A program made the position numbers and the translations under genes. A stretch of DNA of 64,000 nucleotides from Eledone cirrhosa. Taxonomy: Eukaryota. Under the pieces are notes generated by a model. The model was not told where the DNA came from. It saw only the letters and a list, made by a program, of their open reading frames with translations, and did no database searches. Positions 38,030 through 52,134 of the stretch are shown piece by piece. Every line of letters begins with the position of its first letter. Position 1 is the first letter of the stretch. The stretch is from contig OZ024742.1 in assembly GCA_964016885.1 (NCBI GenBank), positions 76,260,001 through 76,324,000 of the forward strand, in the 5' to 3' direction.

Positions 38030-39990
38030 TTAATGATTAGAGCGTCATCTCTCGTTATTTCCCTGATGGTTTAATGAAATCCATCGTACATACAGCTCAC
38101 TCAATGCCAGAACAAGAATGAAATAACAGATGTGGAGACATACGTTTACGCAACTTAAAGATCATAAACTACGGTTACAAATGTTTACTTTCAAGAAAAG
38201 TTTATCAATGCCCACAACAAATCATTTACATCGATGGGAATCGACATTAAGAGCATACAACTTCAAATACAATATCAGTCAACACATGTATTTGGTCAGG
38301 CAGATGCATTATCTCATCTTATTGACAATCACACACCTCCAGAAGTGGTTATCATGGCAACAGTTGATCAGCTGAAAGAATGCATTCAGATGTATTACAA
38401 AGAAAATAAAACAAGCTCATTCAACAAGTTACCAGTTATCTACGGTAGGGATGGTCAAAACAAATGATGGTATAATAAAAAAGTTTTCAAACGTTGTCAC
38501 AATCTGTGGTCAAAAGATGCTTAGTATTGGTGAAGAAATTGTGGTTCCACAGCTACTCTAGCCAGATATCAAGTAGCTCCACATAGAACGTCCAAATATC
38601 AACAGGATCAAAACAATATCATTGATTTTTGTTTATTGGTCACTTCTGGATCAAGAACTAGAACAGTATTTACATTTGAACTACCTCTGAAAAGTGAACC
38701 ACGAGGCAGGCCACAAGAAGATCCACCATAGAACCGCATTTACGTAGATTTTCCTGGTTCAATTGATGGAAATCATGCATATGATTTTAGTTGAGGCGTA
38801 TTCAAAGTGGCCAGATATAAGAATAATGACGAACATTACTACTGCAGCAACAGATGCCGCTTTGAAACAGTTGTTTAGTCAATTTGGAATTCCTTAAAGT
38901 ATCGGGACTGACAATGGTAGTCAATTAACTGGTACGCATGTTTTCGAATGGAAACGGCATTCGTCATATAAATTCACCCCGTATGATCCATAGTCTAATG
39001 CTCAGACAGAAGACTTCGACGATACATTCAAGCGGGTGCTATTAATGTCAGAGGTAAAAGGGGTGCCCAAGGAAATAATATTAATCTTAACTTTAATATT
39101 AATCTTAATATTAATTAGCACACAGAAACATCCCTACTCCAAATGTACCAAATGGAAAATCCCTAGGTGAATGTATGTTCGTCGGAAAATTATGAACAAC
39201 ATTGTAATGCTTGATTGCAAGGCATCAAATGCAGATAATGAATACAGGAATGAAAAATCAGAATTAATAGGGGGGGGGGGGGGGGCAATAATGGCATATC
39301 ACACTTGTTCGCAACCATCGTGGACAAGTAAGATGCACAACTGGAGTGGTTATACCCAAACAGATAAAGTTGATTCATGATATCCAAATTAAACTAAAAG
39401 TCTTGACTAGACAAATTAACCAGATATCTTATAAAAACGGAATTTTGCATCAATTCCAGCAATGGTTGCAGCTAACATTTGAAATCGTTTTAGACACCTT
39501 TAATCTACCCACAATAAAGAGTAGTCAAAGATCAAACCAAACAATATCACCGCTGTAAGGAAATCCTCGTCTTCGACCATATGCCCAACAACTTTAAGGG
39601 GGATGTGTTAGGAAAATCCACAGGTATCAATCGAAATCATGACCTTAAAGAAATCAAGGGGGACCAAGTCATTGCTTTTTTAAGAATGTAAAATAAACAA
39701 GTCGGGAAAGAAGCGGATGTGTGAATATTTGGCATGCAAAATGAATTGGCCAAAACTGGGATACGTTTCAGCCATTGGGCGAATCTATTATTGCCCAATT
39801 AGATTATGACCCACACGTACGGCACGTTCCACGAAATTCTAACATCTTAACTTTATATGAATATAGAGTACGTTTTGTAATTGTTGGTTGTTTGTACTTT
39901 TACAAAAATTCAGTGATTTGTATGCATATATATATAGTGACGAAACATAAGTCAATTGTATGAACTCATAATCCTTTATTTACTGCTATA
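38030..39990 (+). mobile_element. Decayed Ty3/gypsy LTR retrotransposon (RNase H, integrase, PPT, putative 3' LTR)
   Basis: LHRWESTLRAYNF, FGQADALS, RIYVDFPG, LVEAYSKWP, QFGIP*SIGTDNGSQ, PYDP*SNAQTE. Purine tract aagggggatg precedes TGTTAGG at about 39606. Confidence 0.82.
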
Positions 39991-40348
39991 TATATATATA
40001 TCAGGCAGTTAGTCAGTTCTTAGATATGCCAGCTCCGTGTTTTTGGTGTTGATGGTTTCAGAGCATTGGGACATATGAGCTTGTTAGGGATAATTTAATG
40101 TTGTCAGCAGGAATGGTCTTAATTCTTATTGGTCAGTTTGTAGATGCTAGTATGGTTGGTATTTGACCTCAAAGAGGTAGGTGGTGTTGTAAAGTTCAAA
40201 CCGTCAGGCAAGATCACAATAGTTCCATATGACTGATTTTCACAAAAAGCATTCCTGGTCAGATATATATTCAATTGAGGTTTATCGATACTACAGGTCA
40301 TTCTTAATTTGAGGAATGTATGTGGGGTGGTATATATATATATATATA

Positions 40349-40530
40349 AGAAAGAAGGTGTGATAAGATAACAGGTGGACCATAACGCACCAAATTACTC
40401 GATAATTAGGGTAGTACAGTGGGTAATAGGAAAAGAGTCAGGACACCGGCTGGTTCGACCGCTTGATCTGAAGTTGCATCTAGCTGTCGAAACGTCCGGA
40501 GCTCATCCGTCGTGGTCCCCACTTTTCCCC
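40349..40530. repeat. Short repeat in (TA)n, same family as 56525-56742
   Basis: caggtggaccataacgcaccaaa..gtgggtaatagga matches the reverse complement of 56658-56720. Confidence 0.75.
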
Positions 40531-41865
40531 TATATATATATATAGATATATATATACATGCATATATATATATATATATTACTCACTTACAACTTTTTTT
40601 TACTATTCTCATTTCAAGTGTTGAGAAACACGTAACAGTAATTTAGGCCTCAGTTTCTATATTTACTTGCATTGAGCTATTATAAACTTGAAACGCCCGA
40701 CACGATTGTACAATCATCCTAACCTATTTTCTCTAGAACCCCACCACTTCAGATCAACTATAACGATTATATATGAATATATTATTTCAGCTTATATCGA
40801 ATATTTTTCATTTTATTATCTCATATGCACGGTATTCATTCTATTTTGTTGTTTCTGAGATAATACTTGCTGTAATTTCATTGACGTCTATGAATCACAC
40901 GTTTTGCTTTACATTTGTATTTTTAAAACCTATTTTTCTCTGATAATTATTATCCACTATTCGATATAGTATTCTGTATTTTATTTCATATAACCTACGG
41001 AATATTGAGGCACGTATGAAAATACAATTGCACAGATATGACACAAAAAAGCACACAACCATATACTAATTAATAATCTGTATTAGCATATTATAAGTGC
41101 TAAATCTCACTTAATAGTTTAAAATATATTTTAACCTGTTTTTTGGGGAGAAAATTATCATTTATGCATTCGCTTTTATCTTTTAGTTAATGCACGCAAA
41201 AAGGTAAATGCATTGATGTATATAAGTTCGTATGCTTAAAGCTGTGATTTATAAGTATTATATTATATTTTCTTTTATGCCACTCGAATCTCTTCACTTC
41301 GATACCCCTCCCATACAATATCTGCATATTCAAAACTAATATATATATCCATTTACATTATCTGGAGGCTTCACTGCAGTTAATGGGTTGCTTAATGTCA
41401 ATTAACATGATACATTATAAGTGCTAGGATGGAAAATACACACTAATTTATTAATATCAATGAGGATTTCTCATATTCAGTCTGCTATAAACATTTATCG
41501 AGAAAGTGTACGATCAATTCTATTGGCGCCAATATATAAATACTACATATTAGTGGAACTATTTTGACAAAATGGCAAAAAAATTCGACTGTTTGATAAA
41601 ACCTATCTATATATTCAAGGTTCCAACAATTGTTAAATTCAGAAAACAAATAATCTAGTCAGTCCCACAGTTTCATAGCGACTAGTTCATTGTTTATATA
41701 TTAAATGCTTTCTACTGTATAAACTGAAGAATAAAGGACAGACCATGCTGGCTCGCTTTTGAAATGAACATATTAAAAGTGTTAAAAATACCAGAATATA
41801 TCTATCCCGATTCTCTACTGAGTCTAGAAATATATCGAATAACTACTAACCCCACTATTAACGGC

Positions 41866-43990
41866 ATTACTACTACTACTGCTGCTGATACTACTACTAC
41901 TACTACTAATAATAATAATAATGATTTCATTTATTGGCCACAAGGGCCGACATATAGGGGACAATACAAAAGACTGGGACAGTGGCGGTTTTACAGAAAA
42001 ATTGAGTAAACAATATGAATAACAATAACAAAGTAACAAGAAAAATACAATAAGAAAAATTCCCCAAAAGAGGGGATGACCACGCAGGGTTCGTTCAGGT
42101 ACCCCACCAATCCTGAACGACCCGACGCTTCGAGAGAAGCCTGGAAGGGCACCCCTCTCCTCCTCAAATTTACCTACCTACAGCCGCATGACCAGAGTAG
42201 GCCCACTCACACGGGCCATTCTCGCCACATTCACCCACCTTTAGCAAATGTACTGGGGGCAGCACTTCTCTCTCCACCCGCACCTTCCTTTCCAAGTGAA
42301 ACTTGAAAAGGTTGATGAGGGATTGGCTGAAGAGAAAAGTGTCTGTCTTCAGTCCTTTCAACCTCGTCCACCATACAACCTCTTTCGCTACTGCCACCAG
42401 ACAGAGGAAAATTGCTTGCCCTTCCTGGCCAAAAGAAGGCGGCGGGTCGATCTTCACTATAGCTCGGCCGATAGCCGGATCCGTTCTACACGCAACAACA
42501 GCTGTTCAACATAACTCCACAAGTCAGTAATGCACGGACAGTGGACGAGTGCGTGCAGAACGGTTTCGTCTCTCTGCGCGCATCTCGGGCAGGTCCGTCT
42601 GACAGCACTTCCGTGCCTGTAGAGTTTATCTCGAACCGGCAGTGCCCCCCGGTAGCACTGCCAAGCGAGGGATTTTTGGAAATTATCCATCGTCCCCTGC
42701 TTGAAAGTCCTCCGGTACAGACTGGTTAGTTCAACTTCGTCGACTCCCAAAGCCTCTACGAGTGCGTCGTCGCACTTGCCCACCACTAATCCTCTATAGA
42801 ACTCGAGAGTGGAAGTTCCACTGACCGCATTGCCCACCTGGTAGAAGGCAGTGAGTGCCTCGCAACATTCCAGATGCCAGTCACCCAGTCTCGGTCTCTT
42901 CTTGATCCAGGACTGCAGCTCAGTCAAAGAAACGAGCTGCGGAAAGGCCCGTCTGACAAACGGCAACCACACCTGTTCACTGTTTAGGCAGAATATCTGG
43001 AGATGCCGCAGCCTCAGCGCGTGTCTGCGCATCATTAGCCACTGCATGCCCAGCCCTCCACGTAGATGGTGCTGGCAGCAGATGGACCGCCTCACCAGCG
43101 GAACCTGACCCCTCCACAAGAATTTGAAGAGGGGCCTCTCCAAGATGGCGAGGCGCGAACGGGGGAAGGGACGACGGTCAGACGGTAGTAGATGACGGAC
43201 GTGATGTACGCGTTCTCCACCTCCGCCCGACCTTTCAGTGATAGCTTCATCCCAGCCCATTTCTGGGTGAGACTGGCTACCCTGCCCGTCACCTCGCCCC
43301 AATTCTTATCCACCTGTAGGTCTGGCCCAAACAAACCCCGAGCAACTTTACCGGTCCGTCCGTCCAGCGCCGAGTTGCAAGCCCACCGACTTTTCCGGGT
43401 TAAGATTTGCTCCCGTCAACCTTTCATATTCCTCCAATAAGTTGCCGACCACCTCGATTTCTGAGGTGTCCGACACCATCACGGTGATGTCGTCCGTCCG
43501 CATAAGCCGTCACAACCTTTCCGCGTCCGGGTCCGAGCGGGATGCCCTGCAACAGCTCCAGCGTCCGCAGTAAATGTTCGAGAGTCAATACGTACAGAAG
43601 GGATGAGAGAGAGAGCACCCTTGACGGACCGATCGGGAGACATGAAACCGTTCCGAGAGGTGGCCATTAATTTTGACCATCGAGCAGGTGCCGCTGTGCA
43701 TTGCAACGATCCAACTTCTGAAGACGGGGTCGAAACCACCCGCCTTGAGGACAGCTTCAAGGTAGCGATGGTCGACCCTATCGAATGCTTTCGTTTGATC
43801 TAAATTTATCAGAGCCCCACCGAAACCAGGTTTACACCCTACCCTCTCTATGATATATCGCATCAGGTGGAGGTTGTCGTCTATTTACCTGGTTGGGATT
43901 GCGCAAGTTTGCGCCTCCCCAACCAAATCCCCGACAAGCGCCAACCTCTTCGCTAACACCGTGGCCAAAATCTTAAACTCTGTGTTGAGC
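41866..43990 (-). mobile_element. 5'-truncated Tx1 (L1-clade) LINE, younger copy
   Basis: LDQTKAFDRVDH, SVRQGC, AYAD, LSLKGRA, GGLG, CPRC..ETVLHALVHC (zf-RVT). Tail is (ATT)n then (AGT)n. Confidence 0.9.
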
Positions 43991-46680
43991 GCTACTGTTA
44001 CTGCTACTAATAATAATAATTGTTCCATTTATTGGAAACAAGACTGGCATAGAAGCGACAATACAAAGACAGGGATAGTGGATTTCTTTTACATAACACC
44101 TGTAAACAATATAAACAACAGTACCAAAATAAAGAGGAAATTATAAAGAATTAAATTCCTCAATAGGGGGATAACAACACAGGGATAACTCAGGTACCTC
44201 ACCAATCCTGAGGCACCCGACGCTTCAGGGGCACCTCCCTCCTCCTCAAATACACCAGCTGACAAGTGCATGTTCAAAATAGGCACCCAGAGCCTCTCTG
44301 CCTGCGTCGTCGCCATCATTAATCTATTATAGAACTAGAGAATGGAAGTTCCACTGACCTCATTGCCCACGAGGTAGAGGGCAGACAGCGCCTGTCAACA
44401 TTCCAGATGCTAGGCTCCCAGGCTCGGTCTCTTCTTAATTCAGGATTGCAGCTCACTCAAAGACACGAGCTGCGTGTCTAACAAATGGTGACTACACCTG
44501 TTTCCCGCTCAGGCAGAATATCTGGAGATGCCACAGCCTCAGCGCATGTTTGCACGTCATAAATCCGTAACATGCCCATCCCTCCCCGTACAAGTTGCTA
44601 GTATCAGATGGACCGCCTTACGAAAGGAAGTTGAAGAGAGAACCTTCCAATTTGGAAATGCTTTAAAGGGTAACTTATGATTGTGAGGCAGTAACAGAAG
44701 AGAGACGCCACTTTCACCCAACCTATCAGGGAAAACTTCATCTCGGCTTATTTCCGTGTCAGAATGGCCACCCTCCCTGTTACCTCATCCACACTCTTAT
44801 CCACCTGGAGGTCTAGTCCGAAACAAACCCCAAGAAACGTTAGCTGTCTGTCCGTCCAGCGTCTGACAACGTTGTTAAATGGCATAGATTTGCTTTTCCA
44901 GAGGCCGAGCTTCAAACACACCGACATTTCCGGGTTCAGCTTTATTCTCTCCGACTTTTCATATTTCTCTAGGTATCTGCCAACCACCTCAATTTCCGAG
45001 ATACTCGACACCATCAGGGTGATATCGACCAACTATGCCAACGCAGTGTGATGCCCTGCAACAGCTCTAGGTCCCTGTCTTAGTATTGTCCCTTCTATTT
45101 CAGCCTTGTATCCAAAAAATTCGCCCACCGAGCTCATGTCACAGTGTATTACAGCAATCCAGCCCGTAAGCCGGGACTGAAGCCAGCTGACTCGATGACA
45201 GCCTCCATGTATCTATCGCCAAACATATCGAAATATTTCGTTTGATCTAATTAGATTATATGCCCCCACTACGAAGCCAGATTTACAGCCAACCCTCTTT
45301 ATGATGTAACGCATGGGGTGGAGGTTGTTTTGTAAGGACTTGTTCAGGACTGCGGAATGTTTTTCCTTCCCTACTAGATCCCGATGACAAGTGGCAACTT
45401 CTTTGCTAACATCTTGGAAAACATATCAAACTGTGCTTTGTAGTTATGGGCCTGAAAATATGTATCTCTCTTGTTGTCGTTTCTCATCAACGTAACTACA
45501 CCCTGGGTCACAGAACTGGGCATACTTCCTATATGCTGCCAGTTGCAATATACCGATTCGAGGTGGACAGTTCTGTCTGATATGTCCACGTAAAACGTGT
45601 AGGATACACCTTTCAAACTGGTTAACTTACATGTCGTGCAGCCGACCATGGCAGCCCGAAATTAGGCTGTTTTTTTTACTTTTGCTGCACTCAGTATCAG
45701 CCCGTGAGAGTCACGGCAGCAGTGGTTATAAAAGCTAATAATACAACCTTCGCATTTCGATTTCAAGAATGTGTCTAATGCTGCTATAGCCGATAGCACG
45801 TCAGTTGGAATCTTTTAATCAACCCTTCTAATTTAGCTACCCACCATATTTTATTTCTATCGCTATTTCTTTGCTAAATACTAAGGACTACGCTAATCTC
45901 TCTTTTGAAAGAATCCCAGCAAAATTAATTCACGATGCCCCCTGACAATTTACGATTAACTAAATTAGTGTGTCAGACTCTGTTGGGATTACTCGCCGGT
46001 AATGGAATCAAGCTCCCAGTAACTAGTTCCTCACCTACATGATCTATCCAGGTCGAACGTGCTGACCACAAATCCATAATTGCATAAGCGACCGTTTGGA
46101 ATTATGGGAAAAGTATACTATCCCTGTGTATATACGATATAGATGGCCCTATGCGGTGGATCCAGGTCCATTCCGGCGCAATCGGGAATTCTAGTCGGTA
46201 TCTGAGTGTTGGAAATGGCTAATTACTTATTTTACGCTTTTGCACTGCTCACATTTATCAATTACACCGACGAAATCCCAGCGTGCGTTGAAGACGCCGT
46301 TCCAGTTCCCCTCTAACAGTAAAGGGTGAGATGTTCCTAGAAGTTTTCCAGGCACCTAAGGAAATCCGGCCGTCCGCCCCCGGTCAGATCATAGATGGTC
46401 ACCATTCTAAAGCACCGTCTTCTATATTGCTCAGGGTTCGGGAAACCCCAGGCCTTTCCTAAACAACATTGCCACCCCAGCTGACTATAAAATGTGAATA
46501 CCAGATAGTCGTCGGTAATGTAGGCAATTGCGTGCGTGCCGTAAATCCTTGTCTCGCTGAGAGCCATCACATCCATATCTAGTGATCTGAGATCGTTCTT
46601 CAAGTTCTGTTGCTTCCATGCCGACACCAGTCTACGAACATTTAAACTAGCTACTCTTATAATAGCCATGTTGGCTGGTT
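43991..46680 (-). mobile_element. Older Tx1 LINE (ORF2 from the APE start to the 3' tail, internally deleted)
   Basis: MAIIRVASLNVRRL..ALSETR at 46669 plus RT remnants. Its 3' UTR (44010-44250) is homologous to 41920-42170. Confidence 0.85.
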
Positions 46681-47921
46681 GATCAACAGAAAAAAAAGGG
46701 TGGTGCTACTTACCCTCCGGTCTCTGTTGCTGATCGGGTGGTTTGACCTCCATGTTTGGTGGGTGTTTCGTTAGGAATCCCTTTAACACCCTGCACGATT
46801 AATCAAACGCAAATCCGGACGGGCCCAGTAAGAGGAAAATAATATTTAAGAATTCTAGATGAAATGTAGATCCTTGAAATACACACTCACAAAATCCAAG
46901 GGATGGCAATTGACTATTGCGGATTTCAGTTTGTATGCTGCAGATTATAAACAACTATAAACAGGTCCGGTCGGCAGATAGTACACAGATTTACTAAAGG
47001 AAATATTTTCGAAGGATAATTGATTCGAGAAAATATAAAAATATTTGATTCGGAGATGGCCTGCGAAGTAGATGTTATTGTTGCTACATGCCATCTCAAA
47101 ATAACAAATCTCGTCAGTACAAGGCATTGTGGGGTGGATAGGCACGAACAAGATGGATGTGGGGTTTGTATAGTTTCAACACATATCCACATACTATGCC
47201 GTTAATAATAGCCACTCATACCACAGCCACAAAGGTGAGGCTCAATAGATTCGGTGTGAATATCGACTGGCCAAAACCAGCTAACGACAGGTTATACAAA
47301 TTTATAAATTTATAAAACCTTTAAAAAAATATGTTATTAAAATTTGGTTGAATTTCGTGTAAAGTAAATGATAATGCCATACATACAAACTGCATGAAGA
47401 AAAAGGTATAAATAAAAAAAGGTATAAAGTATAAATAAAAAAATCAAAATTAGGGGTAAATATAGATAAAATATAAATATATATTATCAATTACCAGTGT
47501 TTCATTAAAATAATAGATTTAGTTGCAATTTATGTGTGTGTTTGTATTATTTAAAGTGAATTCATATGTCCTGCCTCTTGTGTATCTCATAAAACTAATA
47601 TCTAACTCCATTCATGCACCACCCACAGGATTCAACATCAAGGATGGATTAGTTGAGTAACGTAGAGTGCTTTTCCTACTATTATATCATAGCTAACGAA
47701 ACGGAATGACGAGTTCTATTCATGTCTTAAATTCCCTCAGTGCACAAAATACTGATGGATTTGTATCTAATTCAGATGACATCACTAGGTATTATTGACG
47801 GTATTAGATAGTATGTTTTAAATTATTTCATAGATTCAATTTTTTTAAATATATTCTATCTTGCTTGTTCTTTTAAGAGCGTAACAAATATAGGCTCATA
47901 ATATTATTGAAAATAACAATA

Positions 47922-48100
47922 AAGGTGATTGATTGGCATATATTGTAGATTAGATCTTGAGTTCGAACCCCACCAAGGTCATATTTGACTTTCGTTCATC
48001 TGGTGTACATAACATAAAGCATCAGTTAAGTACTGGGGTTGATTTAATTACATTTACCCTTCCCTGAAATAAGCTGACCGTGTGCCTAAATTAGAATCAA
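47922..48100 (+). mobile_element. Diverged SINE with probable TSD aatattattgaa
   Basis: ggtgattgattggca..gagttcgaaccccaccaaggtc..ccgtgtgcctaaattagaa. The repeat occurs near 47900 and 48099. Confidence 0.65.
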
Positions 48101-48233
48101 TATTATTGAATAGAACATATTTCTACTTCCCATTAGACTTCAATCTAGTATAAGAAAATCAATATTTATTCGCATCGATCATCCATTTAAAAAAAAACGT
48201 TTTTATTTCTCAGTTCCTCATCTTATTCATTAA

Positions 48234-49181
48234 TCTATATATATAAAACTGTGGTTGTCTGTCTGTCTATCGATTTTTGGCACACATCTCCTCTTAGAAT
48301 TTCTCACGGAATTGCACCGAAATTGCTATACTTGTACATTGAGCCCTAGTGAAGATATCGGAAACAAAATATTTCAAATTGACCTGCCCTATGTGACGAA
48401 ATCGAATATAATGTATCGATTTTTGAGCGTAAGTTATCAGTTATTTCCCTTTGTTCTGTTTACATTGAGCGTCTTACGTAAAAAATTACGCTGGCTTTCT
48501 CAGCGTTTAAAATGACATTAACACAATACACGAACAGTTGTCGAGCCAGCAAAATATTGACCTGCAAAATTCATCAGTTCGAACACTAAGCTTCCGTTTT
48601 GCTTCATTTCCATTTAAAAGCATTTTCAAACAATATTTTTACTTGAAAACAAGTCTATTTAAAGACTACGTAAAACAAGCAAATATTTCGTCGTTAGGCG
48701 TGCAGACAGACAGTCGTGCAGACAGACTGTCGTGCAGAGAGGTGATATACGCGTGCAGACAGCCAGTCATGCAGAGAGGTGATATAGGCGTGCAGACAGA
48801 CAGTCGTGCAGAGAGGTGATATAGGCGTGCAGACAGACAGTCGTGCAGAGAGGTGATATAGGCGTGCAGACAGACATAACTGATAATTTGGTTACGCTAA
48901 TGTTTTTCTCTGCGTTGCAGTGTTTACATTTTCGATCTTTGTTAATAAATAACCAGTGCAGTTTCTATCCCCAGCATCCTCTTTTGTTATAACATTCGGG
49001 TTATCGTTATGTTTTCTTAACTTCATAAGGCATATTGTTGGTTGAGGGAATATTAATCAAAAACACCACATGCAAGTCTGCACAGTAGACACTACAGTTT
49101 TTAAGCCAAGAAAGCAACTTAACATTGTAACTTTAACACAGCTACTGAGCGACCCCGAGCAACGCCGGGCTTTACTGCTAG
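48234..49181 (+). mobile_element. Non-autonomous Helitron
   Basis: A|TCTATATATATAAAA start, (GTCT)n, 3' hairpin cccgagcaacgccggg, then CTAG|T end. Confidence 0.85.
48697..48877 (+). repeat. 37-bp minisatellite inside the Helitron
   Basis: Unit ggcgtgcagacagacagtcgtgcagagaggtgatata. gatatagg recurs at 48781, 48818 and 48855. Confidence 0.9.
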
Positions 49182-49425
49182 TACATCTTTAAAAGAAAAG
49201 TTGAAATAATAGGTTTATTTTATTAAGAGCATCCTTTGAGAACTATTATCTTCTATAATCCATCAAATTGGAAATGTACATGCTTTAACGTCAATTGAAA
49301 AATAATTCTCTATTCTTACGGTAAATATGAATAATGTAATGGTACAAAAGTGACTGAGAGCATTTTATGCATAGACAATAAAGAAGTATATCACTTATGT
49401 ATATACATACATTATATAAATATAT

Positions 49426-49458
<33 letters not shown>

Positions 49459-49642
49459 AAACGAAAAATCAGTGATGCATCTGAACAATTGTAACACACA
49501 ATAAATTGAGTTCGGATGCATCACTGATTTCTCGTTTTATATTATATCACACTCTGCTCTGTAAGAACATAGAGTGCTCAACCGGCACACCGCCTATGGA
49601 AGCACCTTAGCTACCATCATACATACACACACACACACACCC

Positions 49643-49673
<31 letters not shown>

Positions 49674-49674
49674 G

Positions 49675-50420
49675 TGGTAGAACACTGGAAGGTAATATCC
49701 GTAGTGGTAGAACACAGAGTCCAAGGGACGAGTTAGGTAGAAGTGGTTACACAACAGTTAGTTCAACATACCGAGAACAATTGTTTCACCCTAGCGGATC
49801 CTCAGCTATTAATGGACATGGTTATATGGAACAGGAAGGACAACCGTACCAACGCGCATGCGCAGAAACGGTCATTTCACACAGGCAATACTACATTGCG
49901 TGCGACAGGTGTAAGGGAGATAACTGCGAAAGTCCGAATGTTTCTGGTTGATAAGAAAATTAGGATGTTGTTGTAATTCAATCCGGAACTTTGTAGTTAT
50001 GTAGGTGTTCCAGACCTGTGGACAACGTGTGAAGAATTCACTCGTCGTGTTTAGGCAATCATTATTGCGTAATCTCTTTAGAATATATATTCGTTCATCA
50101 ATATATAGTCCACACCACGGATTGTCCCTTGCGAATGGCTTGGACTTAGTGATGGCTTTCCATTGAATGGAGTAGTCTATACTTGAATCCTTGAGGGTCA
50201 ATAGGTGACTCGCGAGTTTCGTGGATGAACGTCTGTCCGGGTACCTAAAGATCGATTGGTGGTTCAGGAAGCGTTCCTTAAATCGGCCCTCCGCCATACC
50301 CACATAGGATTTGACCTCCTCTGGTTGATTTGGTCGTTTGGAAGTGACAACAGCTTCATAAACCACATGGGGGGAGTGCATTGCTGTTGCAGGGTACAAG
50401 CCAGGGTGCTCTTGCGTAGG
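49675..50420 (-). mobile_element. PLE 3' part (GIY-YIG + pseudo-LTR with hammerhead)
   Basis: VVYEAVV, SYVGMAEGRFKERFLNH, STKLASH, LNTTSEFFTRCPQ. Confidence 0.88.
49773..49808 (-). ncRNA. Minimal type I hammerhead
   Basis: Minus strand: ag-CTGAGGA-tcc gcta gggt-GAA ACAATTGT T-ct. Palindromic helix III, GTT triplet, short helix I. Confidence 0.65.
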
Positions 50421-50424
50421 CACG

Positions 50425-50740
50425 AAGCTTGTCCTCTTGAACAGCAATGCAACACACCCGCTGTAGTTTATGAAGATGTGGTCACTTCCATCCGACCAAA
50501 TCAATCACAGGAGATCAAATCCTATGTCGGTATGGCGAAGGGCCGATTTAAGAAACGCTTCCTGAACCACCAGTCGACCTTTAGATATCCGGACAGACTT
50601 TCAACCACGAAACTCGCGAGCCACGTATGGACCCTCAAGGACTCAACTATAGACTACTCCATTCAATGGAAAGCCATCACTAAGTATAAGCCATATGCAA
50701 GGGGAAATGCGACGTGTGGACTATCTATTGATGAACGCTT
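50425..50740 (+). mobile_element. Inverted second copy of the GIY-YIG domain
   Basis: CPLEQQCNTPAVVYE, SYVGMAKGRFKKRFLNH, CGLSIDERLY. Head-to-head with the minus copy. Confidence 0.88.
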
Positions 50741-50760
50741 ATATATATATATATATCATA

Positions 50761-50828
<68 letters not shown>

Positions 50829-50869
50829 ATATACATTTATATATATATAAACGTTTGTATTTGTAAATG

Positions 50870-51946
50870 CAGGTATGGACATAGAATATAAATGCAAATG
50901 CTAAAGTTATTGTTGACAATTAATCTTTTAGATTAAATTTATTTAAATGTCCTTAATTTTCGAGATAATATCTCTTCTTCGGAGTGAAGTAAACCGGTTA
51001 TACCAGCGTTTTAAATAGCTTGCCAAGTCATGCTGACAGGAAATGGTATAGTGTATCTGTTCCATCTCTAATGTCAAAGAGTGAAGGTTAGGTGGATAAA
51101 GAGTAGTCTCTCTTTAAAAGGGGTTTTGTACATGTATGTTTAAGTGTGTGGGAGAATACGTGAAGGTGTAAGTATGTGTGTGTGTGTGTGTGAGTGTGAG
51201 AAGATAAGCCTCTACGTAAATGTGGGGGATATATGCTCTCTCGTGTTAGAACTGGTCTCTGTGTGTGTGTGTGTGTGTGTGAGAGTGAATAAGTGGAGGT
51301 GTAAGCGTGTGTGTGTGTTTGCGTGTGTGTGGGTGTGCATGTGTTTGGGAGGGGGTGTAAGTATGGGGTTAGACGCTCTATCAAGTTATAAATTGGGTGT
51401 TGAGTTCTAGTCTATTATTGATTGGTGGTCGTGTTTTATCTATAATCAGTGCTTCCTTGATTCTAAGATTGCCGAGCTTTCTTTCCTTAGTTTCTATCCT
51501 AACTGTTATGGTTTTGACGATGTTTTTGCATTTCACTAGGTGTTTCTTAAATGAGGAAGCGTTAGTATTGAGGTGTTCTTTTATTCTAATGTGAAGTGGT
51601 CTGGTGGTGCTACATACGTAGAAGTTGCTGCATTTGTCGCACTCTAGTCTGTGTACGACGTCAGCCTAGTGGCATAGGTCTGGGTCGTTCATGGGGCAGT
51701 TGGCTAGCCTGCAGCGGTTGTCGTGTCTGGTGAAGTGTCTTTTGGTTAGCTGTCCGCGTAGAGAAGATCCTGAGTGGGCTAATTGGATATCTAGTCCCTC
51801 TTGTTTGATAGCTCTGCGGATGGCTGTTGTTGTTTCGTCACTGAAGTGTGGGAGCATCATGAAGCAAGTGGTAGTGCTTCGGGTGTGGTGTCCTCTGTTC
51901 TTTTCTTTTTGGCACGGTTCGTGGTGGATGTCGGGTATAACATCCT

Positions 51947-51947
<1 letters not shown>
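50870..51947 (-). mobile_element. PLE 3' part from a different family (linker, GIY-YIG, pseudo-LTR)
   Basis: LPHFSDE, CRLANCPMNDPDLCH*ADVVHRLECDKCSNFYVCSTTRPLHIRIKEH..LRIKEALII..PPINNRLE. Confidence 0.85.
50950..50986 (-). ncRNA. Minimal hammerhead-like motif, U4C variant
   Basis: Minus strand: ct-CCGAAGA-a-GAGAT att ATCTC-GAA AATT A-ag, followed by AATAAA. Confidence 0.55.
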
Positions 51948-52028
<81 letters not shown>

Positions 52029-52134
52029 TAAAATAACACATATATATATATATATATATTGTATATATCCAGGAAAAACTTGAACCGTTAAGAACATCTT
52101 CCTGGATATGTCTATATTTATGAATCAAACTTTG

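Noticed and set aside
48697-48877. CRISPR-like periodicity
   Set aside because: Contiguous 37-bp minisatellite with no unique spacers, inside a Helitron, in eukaryotic DNA.
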